NCBI GenBank assembly: GCA_016932875.1
Contig: JAFGBZ010000008.1
Coordinates: forward strand, 1 to 35,963
Direction of reading: 5' to 3'
DNA: 35,963 bases
Source of the DNA: Candidatus Iainarchaeum sp.
GTDB lineage: Archaea > Iainarchaeota > Iainarchaeia > Iainarchaeales > JAFGBZ01
Below the pieces are notes generated by a model that was given only the letters and a program-made list of their open reading frames with translations, was not told the origin of the DNA and made no database searches. Position 1 is the first letter of the stretch, and each line of letters starts with the position of its first letter. The position numbers and the translations under genes were made by a program. Of this stretch, positions 9,493-18,594 are shown in pieces.

Positions 9493-12318
9493 ATGAATAA
9501 AAAAATATTTGCATTTATTTTCATTCTTTTTTTGGCGCTTAATTGTTCTGCTGCTTCACAGTTAACGCTTCAGATAAATGAATCAAGCATTATTGAAGCA
9601 ACTCATGTTTATGATAATGATAATTCAATTGCTTTTGTTGATGTGTTTATTATAAATGCGCAAGGAACAACTGAACATTCATTCACAAATGTGACTGAAG
9701 GACAGGAACTTTTAGGAATAACTGAAGAAGAAACCGCTTACTATAATTTTATGGATGATGACGGAACAGAAATAGGACTTGGTTTTCTTATTCCGATAAG
9801 CGGAATTCCTTCAACTCCGCCAGTAATTCCAAGCATTACTGTAATACAAGATGCATGGATTACTCCAAGTGTTTATGATGAAGAAAATGGAAGATACCAA
9901 TTATTGATTGAAGCAGATGTAAATGAAAATCATTCATTAGATAATGTTGAATGGATTTACTCTATTGAAGGTTCACTGCAGAATCAGTCTCTTGAATTAA
10001 CAGGCGGACCAAATATTTATTCAGGAATTCTTGATAATTTAACTGGAGAAAAAATTATTACTTCTAAAATAAGAGCAACTGATTCGCAGGCAAAAATATA
10101 TGAATTCAATTTAGGAAAAAAAATATTTAATTTAATGGCAGTAAATCCTTTCTGTAATTATTCTCAAAATCCAGATGTTGATGGAGACGGATTATTCACA
10201 TGCATGGATGTAGAATGCTTATGGAATTATATTCTTAATTTTGAACTAAATCCTGAATGCAGAAACATTGAAGATTATGCTTCAGCAATAGATGACGGAG
10301 CAATTACTGCAGGCGATGTACAAAGAATGTTCCTGCAGGTTTGCCCTTATGGGCGATGCAGTGAAGGAGAATGTATTGTTCAAGGAAATTTAAAGGAAAC
10401 TAAAAAAGAAAATAAAATATTTTTACAAGGAGAAGGACAAAGTTCAATTCAGTTAAAATTCACTGACTCTGAACATAGCGATGTTTATGTAAGCCATCTT
10501 TATGATGATGATGCAACTATAGGAAAACTGGATGTTTATTATGATAATGGAAATGGAACAACACGCCTTGAATACTTTAATGTTTCACAGAATCAATATT
10601 TAGGAATAAGCATCCCTGAAGATGCGACAAGTTATTACAGTTTTTCTGATTATGATGGAACTATCATAGGGATTGGATTTTTCCTTGAAATAAGTGAACC
10701 TGATGCACCAAGTTTCTGTGAACTTTATCCTCAGGATCCTTCATGTGTTCCTGCTCCGGATTTAATTGAAAGTGCAACAATAAAAGCAAGATTAAATGAA
10801 ACAGAAAAGAAATATTATCTGGATTTTGAAGTAAAGGTTTTCGCAGGAAATGAAATTGACTGGGTTAAAATTGAATATAATTTTTTCAATAAAAATTATG
10901 TTGAAACACTGACTTTAACAGGAAATGAAACAACTTTTACAGGAAGTTTAGGGCCTTTTGAAAATGAATTAATTACTTTTTCAAGAGTAAGAGCAAAATC
11001 AGAAGAAAATACAGATACATTGTACCTTTCTCCAAGATGGGATTATCTTTTGGTTGGAATGATTTCATGCGAAGAAATTTGCTGGGATAATATTGATAAT
11101 GATGCAGACGGCTTCATTGATGAAGGCTGTGCAATTTTGCCCCAGCTTTATCCAAGAATAACTTCCTTGCCTGAATTTGTTTTAATTGGAAAATATTTTA
11201 CTTTAAGTTATGCAATAGGAAATTCAGGAGGAGAAGATGCAAATTCATTCAAATTCAAAACATTATTTGAAAAAGAAAAAATAAGAGAAGAAACAATTAA
11301 TTCTCTTAAAATAAATGAAAGCAAAGAATTTGAAGAAGAACTTTTTTCAGGAATTGAACCAGGAAGAAAAACAGTTAAAATTGAAGTTGATATTCTTAAC
11401 CAAATAAGTGAAAGCAATGAATCAGATAATATTCTTAACACAACACTTTGGGTAAGATTAAACCAGTTTGATGTGAATTACAATTACAATGAAACTTATT
11501 TTTTAGGAGATATAAGAGAAATAAGATTAAGAGATTTATTCAGAGAACTTGTTTCTGATGCAAATTGCGAAATAACTTATCCAAGCGGAAAAAAAATAAA
11601 TCTTGTTTCAGATGAAAAAGGTGTAATTCAGTTTACTTTGCTTGAAGGCGGAACACATAATCTTAAAGCAGAAAAAGAAGGATTTGAAACCTTTGAAGGA
11701 AACTTTGAAATAGAAGCAATAAATGTAGGATACAGAAAAGAACTTGAAATAGGAGATGTGCAGTTAATTAACCTTAAAACAAAAGACGGAAAACCAGTGG
11801 TTAATGCAACAGTAACAATTATTTCCCCAAGCGGAAAAACAGTGAAAATTGAAACAAATGAAAAAGGACAGGCATTTTTTGTAGTGCAGGAAAAAGGAAC
11901 ACATGCATTTATAATTAAAAGAAAAGATGTGAGTTTTTATAATTCAAGATTTGATTCATTAACAACAATAGAACAAATAAGTCTTGTTATGAATCAGTTC
12001 ATTGACATAACTGCAGGAAAAACACTGCTGGACTGGGTATTATTCATTATATTAATCGCATTAAGTGTTTATTCTGCAAGAACAGCATATAAACAGCTTA
12101 AATCACGCATGAAAAAAGGAAGCACAAGAGAAATAAAACTGCAGTTAACAGGAATTTCAATGATTGCAGGAATGCTTTTCATTGCACCAATTGCAGTAAA
12201 AGTTTTATTCGGAATAGGAATTGCATTTGCATTGGTTTTGATTGAAGTTGCTGCTGAAATGCTTGCAGAATATATGCTTAAACAAAAAGAAAAAACCAAA
12301 AAAATTAAAGTTGAATAA
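9493..12318 (+). CDS. Membrane-anchored surface protein: signal peptide, duplicated module, Cys/Asp metal-binding-like motif, CARDB, two Ig/carboxypeptidase-regulatory-like domains, C-terminal TM helices
   Basis: MNKKIFAFIFILFLALNCSA signal; EICWDNIDNDADGFIDEGC motif; VDILNQISESNESDN CARDB end; SDEKGVIQF and TNEKGQAFF; about 3 hydrophobic helices plus Lys-rich tail; GGAGG at 9481-9485. Confidence 0.85.
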   Translation: MNKKIFAFIFILFLALNCSAASQLTLQINESSIIEATHVYDNDNSIAFVDVFIINAQGTTEHSFTNVTEGQELLGITEEETAYYNFMDDDGTEIGLGFLIPISGIPSTPPVIPSITVIQDAWITPSVYDEENGRYQLLIEADVNENHSLDNVEWIYSIEGSLQNQSLELTGGPNIYSGILDNLTGEKIITSKIRATDSQAKIYEFNLGKKIFNLMAVNPFCNYSQNPDVDGDGLFTCMDVECLWNYILNFELNPECRNIEDYASAIDDGAITAGDVQRMFLQVCPYGRCSEGECIVQGNLKETKKENKIFLQGEGQSSIQLKFTDSEHSDVYVSHLYDDDATIGKLDVYYDNGNGTTRLEYFNVSQNQYLGISIPEDATSYYSFSDYDGTIIGIGFFLEISEPDAPSFCELYPQDPSCVPAPDLIESATIKARLNETEKKYYLDFEVKVFAGNEIDWVKIEYNFFNKNYVETLTLTGNETTFTGSLGPFENELITFSRVRAKSEENTDTLYLSPRWDYLLVGMISCEEICWDNIDNDADGFIDEGCAILPQLYPRITSLPEFVLIGKYFTLSYAIGNSGGEDANSFKFKTLFEKEKIREETINSLKINESKEFEEELFSGIEPGRKTVKIEVDILNQISESNESDNILNTTLWVRLNQFDVNYNYNETYFLGDIREIRLRDLFRELVSDANCEITYPSGKKINLVSDEKGVIQFTLLEGGTHNLKAEKEGFETFEGNFEIEAINVGYRKELEIGDVQLINLKTKDGKPVVNATVTIISPSGKTVKIETNEKGQAFFVVQEKGTHAFIIKRKDVSFYNSRFDSLTTIEQISLVMNQFIDITAGKTLLDWVLFIILIALSVYSARTAYKQLKSRMKKGSTREIKLQLTGISMIAGMLFIAPIAVKVLFGIGIAFALVLIEVAAEMLAEYMLKQKEKTKKIKVE

Positions 12319-12337
12319 ACGCTAGGGGGAATCCTAA

Positions 12338-13333
12338 ATGATTAGAGTTGCAATAAATGGTTTTGGCAGAATTGGAAGAATTGTTTTCAGACAGGCATTG
12401 GAAGAAAAAGAAATTGAATTGGTTGCAGTAACTTTTTCTCATGGAAATCAGGCTGCAGCACACTTTCTTGAATTTGATTCAGTGCATGGAAAATTAAATA
12501 AAAAAATTGAAGCAACAGAAAAAGGATTTTCAGTTAATGGAAAAGAAACACTGGTTATAAATGAACGTGATCCAACAAAATTACCTTGGAAAAAATTAGA
12601 TATTGATGTGGTTGTTGAAAGTACTGGAGCATTCAAAACATATGCTGACTGTGAAAAGCATTTAAATGCAGGGGCAAAAAAAGTTTTGTTAAGTGCTCCT
12701 GCAAAAGATGAAAAAATTCCTTCAATAGTATTAGGAGTAAATGAAAAAGCATTAACTGACGGTTCAAAAGTAATTGATAATGCTTCATGCACAACAAATT
12801 GTTTGGCTCCAATAGCAAAAGTATTGCATGAAAATTTTGGAATAAAAAACGGATTTATGACAACAATTCATGCTTATACTAATGATCAAAGAATTTTAGA
12901 CGGAAGTCATAAAGATTTACGCAGAGCAAGAAATGCTGCAACAAACATTATTCCTACAAGCACTGGTGCAGCAAAAGCTATTGGAAAAGTAATTCCTGAA
13001 TTAAAAGGAAAATTAAACGGAATAGCAGTAAGAGTTCCTGTTGCAGACGGTTCATTAGTTGATTTGGTTTTTGAATCAGAAAAACAAACAACAATTGAAG
13101 AAATAAATAAAGCAATGAAAAAAGCATCAGAAGGAAACTTAAAAGGAATTCTTGAATACACTGAAAAACCAATTGTTTCAAGCGATGTGATTGGAAACAA
13201 GCATTCAAGCATTTTTGATGCTCAAAGCACAATGGTTTCAGGAAAAATGATTAAAGTTCTTTCATGGTATGATAATGAAGCAGGATATTCTCAAAGAATG
13301 ATTGATGCAGTAAAAAAAATCAAATTCAGTTAA
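12338..13333 (+). CDS. gap: Glyceraldehyde-3-phosphate dehydrogenase, type I (bacterial-like)
   Basis: INGFGRIGR, ESTG, NASCTTNCLAP catalytic motif, HAYTNDQ, IIPTSTGAAKA, WYDNE. Confidence 0.97.
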   Translation: MIRVAINGFGRIGRIVFRQALEEKEIELVAVTFSHGNQAAAHFLEFDSVHGKLNKKIEATEKGFSVNGKETLVINERDPTKLPWKKLDIDVVVESTGAFKTYADCEKHLNAGAKKVLLSAPAKDEKIPSIVLGVNEKALTDGSKVIDNASCTTNCLAPIAKVLHENFGIKNGFMTTIHAYTNDQRILDGSHKDLRRARNAATNIIPTSTGAAKAIGKVIPELKGKLNGIAVRVPVADGSLVDLVFESEKQTTIEEINKAMKKASEGNLKGILEYTEKPIVSSDVIGNKHSSIFDAQSTMVSGKMIKVLSWYDNEAGYSQRMIDAVKKIKFS

Positions 13334-13344
13334 TTAACAAAAAA

Positions 13345-14106
13345 TTACTTTAACAGCAATTTCAAATATTCCTTGAATTCTTTTTCAAATTTTTCTGGAT
13401 GAATTAAATAATCAAATACTTCAGGTTTTTTTGTTCCAAGTAAATACATTGGTTCAGTTGTAATTCCTAATTCAGGAAATTCTTTTGGTTTGCATTCAGT
13501 TATTTCCACATGAGAAGAATAATTTTTATTTTTTTCAAATCCTTTTTCAGTGAAATAATACATTGCACCATGTTTTTCTTTAAAATTGCCATAATCTGAT
13601 TTAAATGTTGCTTCAATCCAGTTAGCCATTACTAATGTTTCATTTGAAGGATTAATTGTTACATGCCCAAATCCAGGAGGAATAATTATTTTTTCTCCTT
13701 CCAAACAGGTAACAGCAATGAATTTTTTTGAATCAATTGACTGCAATAAATACAATGCTTTTCCATGAATTACTTCATAAATTTCAGGATAATGCACGCC
13801 TGCAGGATTTTTTGGATGAAAATGCCCAAAAGTTTTATTGAATTCATTTCCTATTTTAGCTGAAGGAATTAAAGTTAAATCAAATCTTAAACCAGAAGAA
13901 TGGATTTTTTCTTTATGTTCTTTTGAGTGGGTGTCCCTGTACATGAAATAACAGTTTGCAGGAGAATTTGCTTCAGAATTCATTAAAACAGGCTTCATTT
14001 GCTGGATTGTCCTAATATCAGGAATCACTTTTTGCATGCTTTGTCCATCAAATTCAAGCAATTTATTTAATGAAATAGGAAGCCCTGAATTTGAAAGATT
14101 AATCAT
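13345..14106 (-). CDS. pgi: Cupin-type (archaeal) glucose-6-phosphate isomerase family protein
   Basis: LRFDLT, EFNKTFGHFHP, EIYEV and PPGFGHVTIN cupin metal-binding motifs. Confidence 0.88.
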   Translation of the reverse strand: MINLSNSGLPISLNKLLEFDGQSMQKVIPDIRTIQQMKPVLMNSEANSPANCYFMYRDTHSKEHKEKIHSSGLRFDLTLIPSAKIGNEFNKTFGHFHPKNPAGVHYPEIYEVIHGKALYLLQSIDSKKFIAVTCLEGEKIIIPPGFGHVTINPSNETLVMANWIEATFKSDYGNFKEKHGAMYYFTEKGFEKNKNYSSHVEITECKPKEFPELGITTEPMYLLGTKKPEVFDYLIHPEKFEKEFKEYLKLLLK

Positions 14107-14141
14107 ATTAGTACAAAGAAGGATAATTAATTAAAATTAAT

Positions 14142-14162
14142 ACACCTTATTCTTTAAGGTGT
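14142..14162. promoter_or_regulatory. Perfect inverted repeat ACACCTTA-N5-TAAGGTGT between divergent pgi and pgk, candidate operator
   Basis: 8-bp arms at 14142-14149 and 14155-14162. Confidence 0.4.
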
Positions 14163-14187
14163 TTTTTAATTTTTTTTAAGTGATTTT

Positions 14188-15390
14188 GTGCAGGAAAAAA
14201 TGAATTCGATTTATTCAGCTAAGTTAAAAGGAAAAACTGTTTTTTTAAGATGTGATTTAAACAGCACAATTATTGCAGGCAGAGTTGCTTTAAGCTCCCG
14301 CATTAGAGAGCATGCAAAAACAATTTATTTTTTAAGCGAAGAAGACGCTAAAACAGTTGTTTTAAGCCATCAGGGAAGAGAAGGCAGAGATGATTTTGTT
14401 GACTTGCAAAGACACAGTAAATTAATTAAAAAATTAATTGATAAGCCAGTTAAATTTGTGAAATGGAATGAAGATTATGTTAAAAAAATAAAGGAAATGA
14501 AAAACGGAGAAATAATTCTTTTAGATAATACTCGTTTTCTTGCAGAAGAAGGAAAAGAATTAACTCCTGAAGAACATGCAAAAACAGGATTTATTAAAAA
14601 ACTTACTTCAATTCCTAATTCGATTTTTGTTCAGGATGCTTTAAGCGTCTGCCATAGAAGCCATGCAAGCGTTGTAGGATTAAGCTGCTGCATGCATTCT
14701 TATGTCGGACCAGTGCTTCAAAGAGATTTAGATGCATTAAGCAAATTAAATGAAATAAAGGATTCGAAAACACTTGTTTTAGGCGGAGCAAAAGTAAAAG
14801 ATTCACTTAAAATAATTGAAAAAACTTTAATTAAAAATTATGCAAATAAAATAATTGTCGGCGGAGTATTAGGAGAAGTTTTTCTTAAAGCAAAAGGAAT
14901 AAAATTCGGAGCAAAAGACAAATTCTTGGAAGAAAAAGGATTCAATGAATTTAATTCAAAAGCAAAATCAATTTTAGAAAAATTCAGCGACAAAATTGTT
15001 TTACCAATTGATTTAGGTGCTGAAAACAATAACTGCAAAAGAACTGAAATAAAAATAAAGAATTTACCAAGTGAATTAATGATTTATGATATTGGATGGG
15101 AAACAATTGAAAAATATAAAAAAGTGATTAAAGAATCAAAATTAACAATATTTAACGGCCCAATGGGAATGTTTGAAAGAAACGGGTTTGCTTTAGGAAC
15201 AAAAAAAATCCTTGAATGCATTGCATTTTCAAGAACTTTTTCAATTATTGGCGGCGGAGACACAGAAAAAGCATTAATGAATTTCGGATTAATGCCTCAA
15301 GACTTTAATCATTTAAGCTTAGCAGGAAAAGCCCTTTTATCTTATTTAGCAGGAGAAAAACTGCCAGGATTAGAAGTACTAAAAAAATAA
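14188..15390 (+). CDS. pgk: Phosphoglycerate kinase
   Basis: RCDLN, SHQGR, NTRF, HRSHAS, LGGAKV, NGPMGMFE, GGGDT; GTG start after AAGTGA SD-like motif. Confidence 0.95.
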   Translation: MQEKMNSIYSAKLKGKTVFLRCDLNSTIIAGRVALSSRIREHAKTIYFLSEEDAKTVVLSHQGREGRDDFVDLQRHSKLIKKLIDKPVKFVKWNEDYVKKIKEMKNGEIILLDNTRFLAEEGKELTPEEHAKTGFIKKLTSIPNSIFVQDALSVCHRSHASVVGLSCCMHSYVGPVLQRDLDALSKLNEIKDSKTLVLGGAKVKDSLKIIEKTLIKNYANKIIVGGVLGEVFLKAKGIKFGAKDKFLEEKGFNEFNSKAKSILEKFSDKIVLPIDLGAENNNCKRTEIKIKNLPSELMIYDIGWETIEKYKKVIKESKLTIFNGPMGMFERNGFALGTKKILECIAFSRTFSIIGGGDTEKALMNFGLMPQDFNHLSLAGKALLSYLAGEKLPGLEVLKK

Positions 15391-15440
15391 ATTTAAAAAG
15401 AAAGAACAACATAATATATTATACAATATAACTGAAAAAA

Positions 15441-15638
15441 GTGAATAAAATGGGAAAACCTTTTCATCGCGAAATAATTAGAAAATTTAAAGACAGTTTC
15501 AGTTTTTTTGTTAAACATCCGACAGGAAAAGGAATTGAAACAACAAGCAAACCAATTAAAGCAAAAATAATCAACAGAGCAAGAAGCAAGCCTATCCCTA
15601 CCTCACAACGTGGAAGATATGCAAAACAAACAAAATAA
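15441..15638 (+). CDS. Small basic hypothetical protein
   Basis: 65-aa K/R-rich ORF filling the pgk-coaBC gap; ATG at 15450 is an alternative start. Confidence 0.5.
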   Translation: MNKMGKPFHREIIRKFKDSFSFFVKHPTGKGIETTSKPIKAKIINRARSKPIPTSQRGRYAKQTK

Positions 15639-15656
15639 TTCAATTTATTTTTTTAA

Positions 15657-16877
15657 TTAAATTATTTCTTTTTCAATTAATTCAATTAATTTTTCTGCAA
15701 GCAATTCTTTTTTTCCTTTAAATTGAATTGAATTTTTTTTTGAAACAAATACAACTTCATTTTCTAATGAGCCAAATGCACTAGAATCATTTAAAACAAT
15801 TAAATCAGGTTTTTTTTCTTTTAAAAGTTTTTTTCCAAGTAATTCAAGTTCTTTTATTGATTTTCCTGATTCAGCTTTAAAGGAACACAAAAAAATATTT
15901 GGATGCTTTGATTTTATTTCCTGAATTAATTTTTTATTAGGAATTAAATTCAATGAAATTTCTTTTTCAGAAGAAATTTTTTTATTTAAATTTTTATCTG
16001 GATTTTTTACTTTAAAATCATTTAATGCCGCAGGAACAATTACTGCATCAAAAGGAATTGATTTTTTGGCTTCATTTAATTCCTTTAAAGTTAAATCAAA
16101 GAATTCATCAAATGAATTTGATTTAATTATTTTAAATGAATTTGACTTATATTCAGATGAAGTGATTAAAGTTACTTCTGCTCCGCGAATAAATGCATTC
16201 TCTGAAATTAGTTCTCCTGTTTTGCCTGAAGCATTATTTGTTATTACTCTAATTGAATCAATTTTTTCTTTTGATGCACCGCTTATTATTAAAAGTTTTT
16301 TTTTTAATTTCTGTGGAGTTAAAGATTTTCTTAAACCTAAAATTATTTCCGTTAAGTCAGGAAATTTTGCTTTATTGTCTTCCATTTTTGGAGAAATAAA
16401 TTGAACTCCTTCCTTCAAGAGTTTTTCAGTGTTTTCTTTAACAAAAGGATTTTCTTTCATTGCTTCATGCATTGCTGGAACAATAATTAAAGGTTTTTTT
16501 GCACCTAAACCAGTTAAAGCAAAAGTTGTTACAATTCCGTCATCAAAACCTGAAGCAATTTTTGAAATAGTTGAAGCAGTGCAAGGACAAATAATTAATG
16601 CATCTGCTTCGCCGTTTAAACCCATTAAAGTTACATGTTCTACTGCGCCGGAAATAAAAGTTAAAGGCATTTCTCCACAAGCAAAATGAATTAATTCCTT
16701 TGAAATCAAATGCTCTGCATTTTTACTCATAATTACTTTAACCTGTGCTCCTAACCTCATTAATTCCCTAATTAAATCAATTGATTTATACACTGCAACT
16801 GAACCAGTTAAAGCCAAAACAATTGTTTTTCCAGCTAAAACACCATCTTTTGCAATGATTTTCTTTGAAGGGTGCAT
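15657..16877 (-). CDS. coaBC: Bifunctional phosphopantothenoylcysteine decarboxylase/phosphopantothenate-cysteine ligase
   Basis: LTGSVAVYK, EHV, PCTASTISKIA, PAMHEAM, IDSIRVITNNASGKTG, AALNDF, FKAE. Confidence 0.95.
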   Translation of the reverse strand: MHPSKKIIAKDGVLAGKTIVLALTGSVAVYKSIDLIRELMRLGAQVKVIMSKNAEHLISKELIHFACGEMPLTFISGAVEHVTLMGLNGEADALIICPCTASTISKIASGFDDGIVTTFALTGLGAKKPLIIVPAMHEAMKENPFVKENTEKLLKEGVQFISPKMEDNKAKFPDLTEIILGLRKSLTPQKLKKKLLIISGASKEKIDSIRVITNNASGKTGELISENAFIRGAEVTLITSSEYKSNSFKIIKSNSFDEFFDLTLKELNEAKKSIPFDAVIVPAALNDFKVKNPDKNLNKKISSEKEISLNLIPNKKLIQEIKSKHPNIFLCSFKAESGKSIKELELLGKKLLKEKKPDLIVLNDSSAFGSLENEVVFVSKKNSIQFKGKKELLAEKLIELIEKEII

Positions 16878-16934
16878 ATACTTGTTTTTCCTTAAAAAGT
16901 TTAATAAAGGGAATTAAAGACAATAAATACTATT

Positions 16935-17483
16935 ATGGCGGGAAAATTTTTTTTGGTTAGTTCTTATGCCCAGCTTCCTTCGGCAGTAAAAAATAAGATA
17001 ATTAAAGTAACTTCAGAGCATTTTACTCATACCAGGGAAGTGCTTCCGCCAAATGGTAAATTTGTATCAATAATTTATAAAAATGGAAGACAAATAAAGC
17101 TTCTTTCATTCATGCTTCTTGAAAACAGAAATGATGTGTATTCAGGAAAAATGATTTATGGAAACAAAGAAATAGATAAAAAAATAAGAGATGAATTCAA
17201 AAAATTAACTGGAATAAGTCCAGTGGATTTTCTTGCACTCCCTCCAAAAGTCATGCCTAAACAGACAAATAATTTTACTCCTGAAGGAAGAAAATATTAT
17301 GAAACACTTAAATTAAAAGGAATAGTAAAAGATATAGTTACAAGAACTGAAAATGGAGAAGAAATAAATTTAATTGAACTTACTTCTGATGGACTTCAAT
17401 TAATTGAATCAAAAAAATCAAGCACAGTCAAAAAGAAAACAGGATGGAAAAAATTTCAAAGAAGATATGCAAGAAGGTTATAA
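16935..17483 (+). CDS. Hypothetical protein with basic C-terminal tail
   Basis: 182-aa ORF with genome-typical codon use; stop is 1 nt before the next ATG. Confidence 0.7.
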   Translation: MAGKFFLVSSYAQLPSAVKNKIIKVTSEHFTHTREVLPPNGKFVSIIYKNGRQIKLLSFMLLENRNDVYSGKMIYGNKEIDKKIRDEFKKLTGISPVDFLALPPKVMPKQTNNFTPEGRKYYETLKLKGIVKDIVTRTENGEEINLIELTSDGLQLIESKKSSTVKKKTGWKKFQRRYARRL

Positions 17484-17484
17484 C

Positions 17485-18594
17485 ATGGAATTAACTAATA
17501 TTGCTTTGGCTTATCAGGTGAATTTCCTTAATGAGGAATTGAAATTAGGTTTTATTAATAAACTTCAGCGTTTAGATAATGGATTTATTAAAATCAAAGT
17601 TCATACAAAAAAAGGTTCAAAGGATTTAATTATTGCTAATAATGCTGCATTCATAACTCAATATAGTTTTCCTGCTTCACAGAATTCAAGTGGTTTTGAA
17701 GGTTATGCAAAAAAAATTTTATTCAATAAAAGAATTAATGAAATCACTCAGCCGGAATATGAAAGAACTATTAAAATTGAATTTGAAGACTTTAATTTAA
17801 TATGCGAATTTTTTCCTGAATCAAATGTAATTCTTACTGACAAGCAAAACATTGTGCAGGCATTCAAAAAACAATTTAAATCAGAGAAAAGAAAAATGAA
17901 AAAAGGATTAATGTTTCCTGAAAGAGAAAAAACAAAAATAAACCCATTAAATGTTTCAGCTGAAGAAATAAAAAAAATAATTGAATCAACTAATCCTGAA
18001 AAAGCATTAATTGATGAAATAAATGCAGTTCCATTAATAATAAAAGAAGCATTAAATTCAGTTCAAAAAAATAAAGCAGGAAAACAAGAACTGAATGCAA
18101 AAAAGCTTGCTGAAAAAATCATTGAACTTCATGAAATAAATGAAAAAAAACTTTCACCTAAATTAATTGAAGGAAAAGTTTACCCTTTTGAATTAAAAAC
18201 CATTAAAAAAGAACAAAAAGAAATTGAATCAATTAATTCTGCTTTAGATGAATTATACAGAAATGAATTAGAAGGAAATCCAAAACTTGAAACAGAAAAA
18301 AAAGAAAAACAAAAATCACTGAATAAAATTGAAGCAAGCATTAAACAGCAAATGCAGGCAAAAGATAAATTCTTGGAAGAAATAAAGAAAAATCAGGAAA
18401 AAGCTGAAATGATTTACCAGAATTACACTGAAATAGAGGAAATAATCAATGCAATTAATTCAGCAGTAAAAAAAGGATTAAGAGAAAAAGAAATCATGCA
18501 AACATTCAAAGAAGCAGGCGAAAAAGGAAACAAAACAGCTTCAATGATTAAATCAATTGATTTAAAGAAAAAAGAAGTTGAAATTGAAATATAA
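17485..18594 (+). CDS. NFACT/Rqc2(RqcH)-family protein, N-terminal half only
   Basis: NFACT-N-like region (FINKLQ, ITQPEYERTIKI, LICEFFPESNVILTD), then SINSALDELY and coiled coil KAEMIYQNYTEIEEI. Start moved to ATG 17485 because the 17404 start overlaps the upstream gene. Confidence 0.75.
   Translation: MELTNIALAYQVNFLNEELKLGFINKLQRLDNGFIKIKVHTKKGSKDLIIANNAAFITQYSFPASQNSSGFEGYAKKILFNKRINEITQPEYERTIKIEFEDFNLICEFFPESNVILTDKQNIVQAFKKQFKSEKRKMKKGLMFPEREKTKINPLNVSAEEIKKIIESTNPEKALIDEINAVPLIIKEALNSVQKNKAGKQELNAKKLAEKIIELHEINEKKLSPKLIEGKVYPFELKTIKKEQKEIESINSALDELYRNELEGNPKLETEKKEKQKSLNKIEASIKQQMQAKDKFLEEIKKNQEKAEMIYQNYTEIEEIINAINSAVKKGLREKEIMQTFKEAGEKGNKTASMIKSIDLKKKEVEIEI

Noticed and set aside
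9490..9495. Stop-codon readthrough or a sequencing error splitting one 4095-aa gene
   Set aside because: The second ORF has its own SD-like GGAGG and a complete signal peptide, and TAA is the common stop in this window.
14130..14157. dif/Xer-like site (TAA-GGTGTA-TTA on the minus strand); a similar TAA-N6-TTA lies at 28409-28436
   Set aside because: Arms are only about 7/11 complementary in very AT-rich DNA, both overlap promoter elements, and no recombinase gene is in the window.
17404..17484. N-terminal extension of the NFACT ORF
   Set aside because: Overlaps the upstream gene; ATG 17485 directly after its stop fits the family start better.
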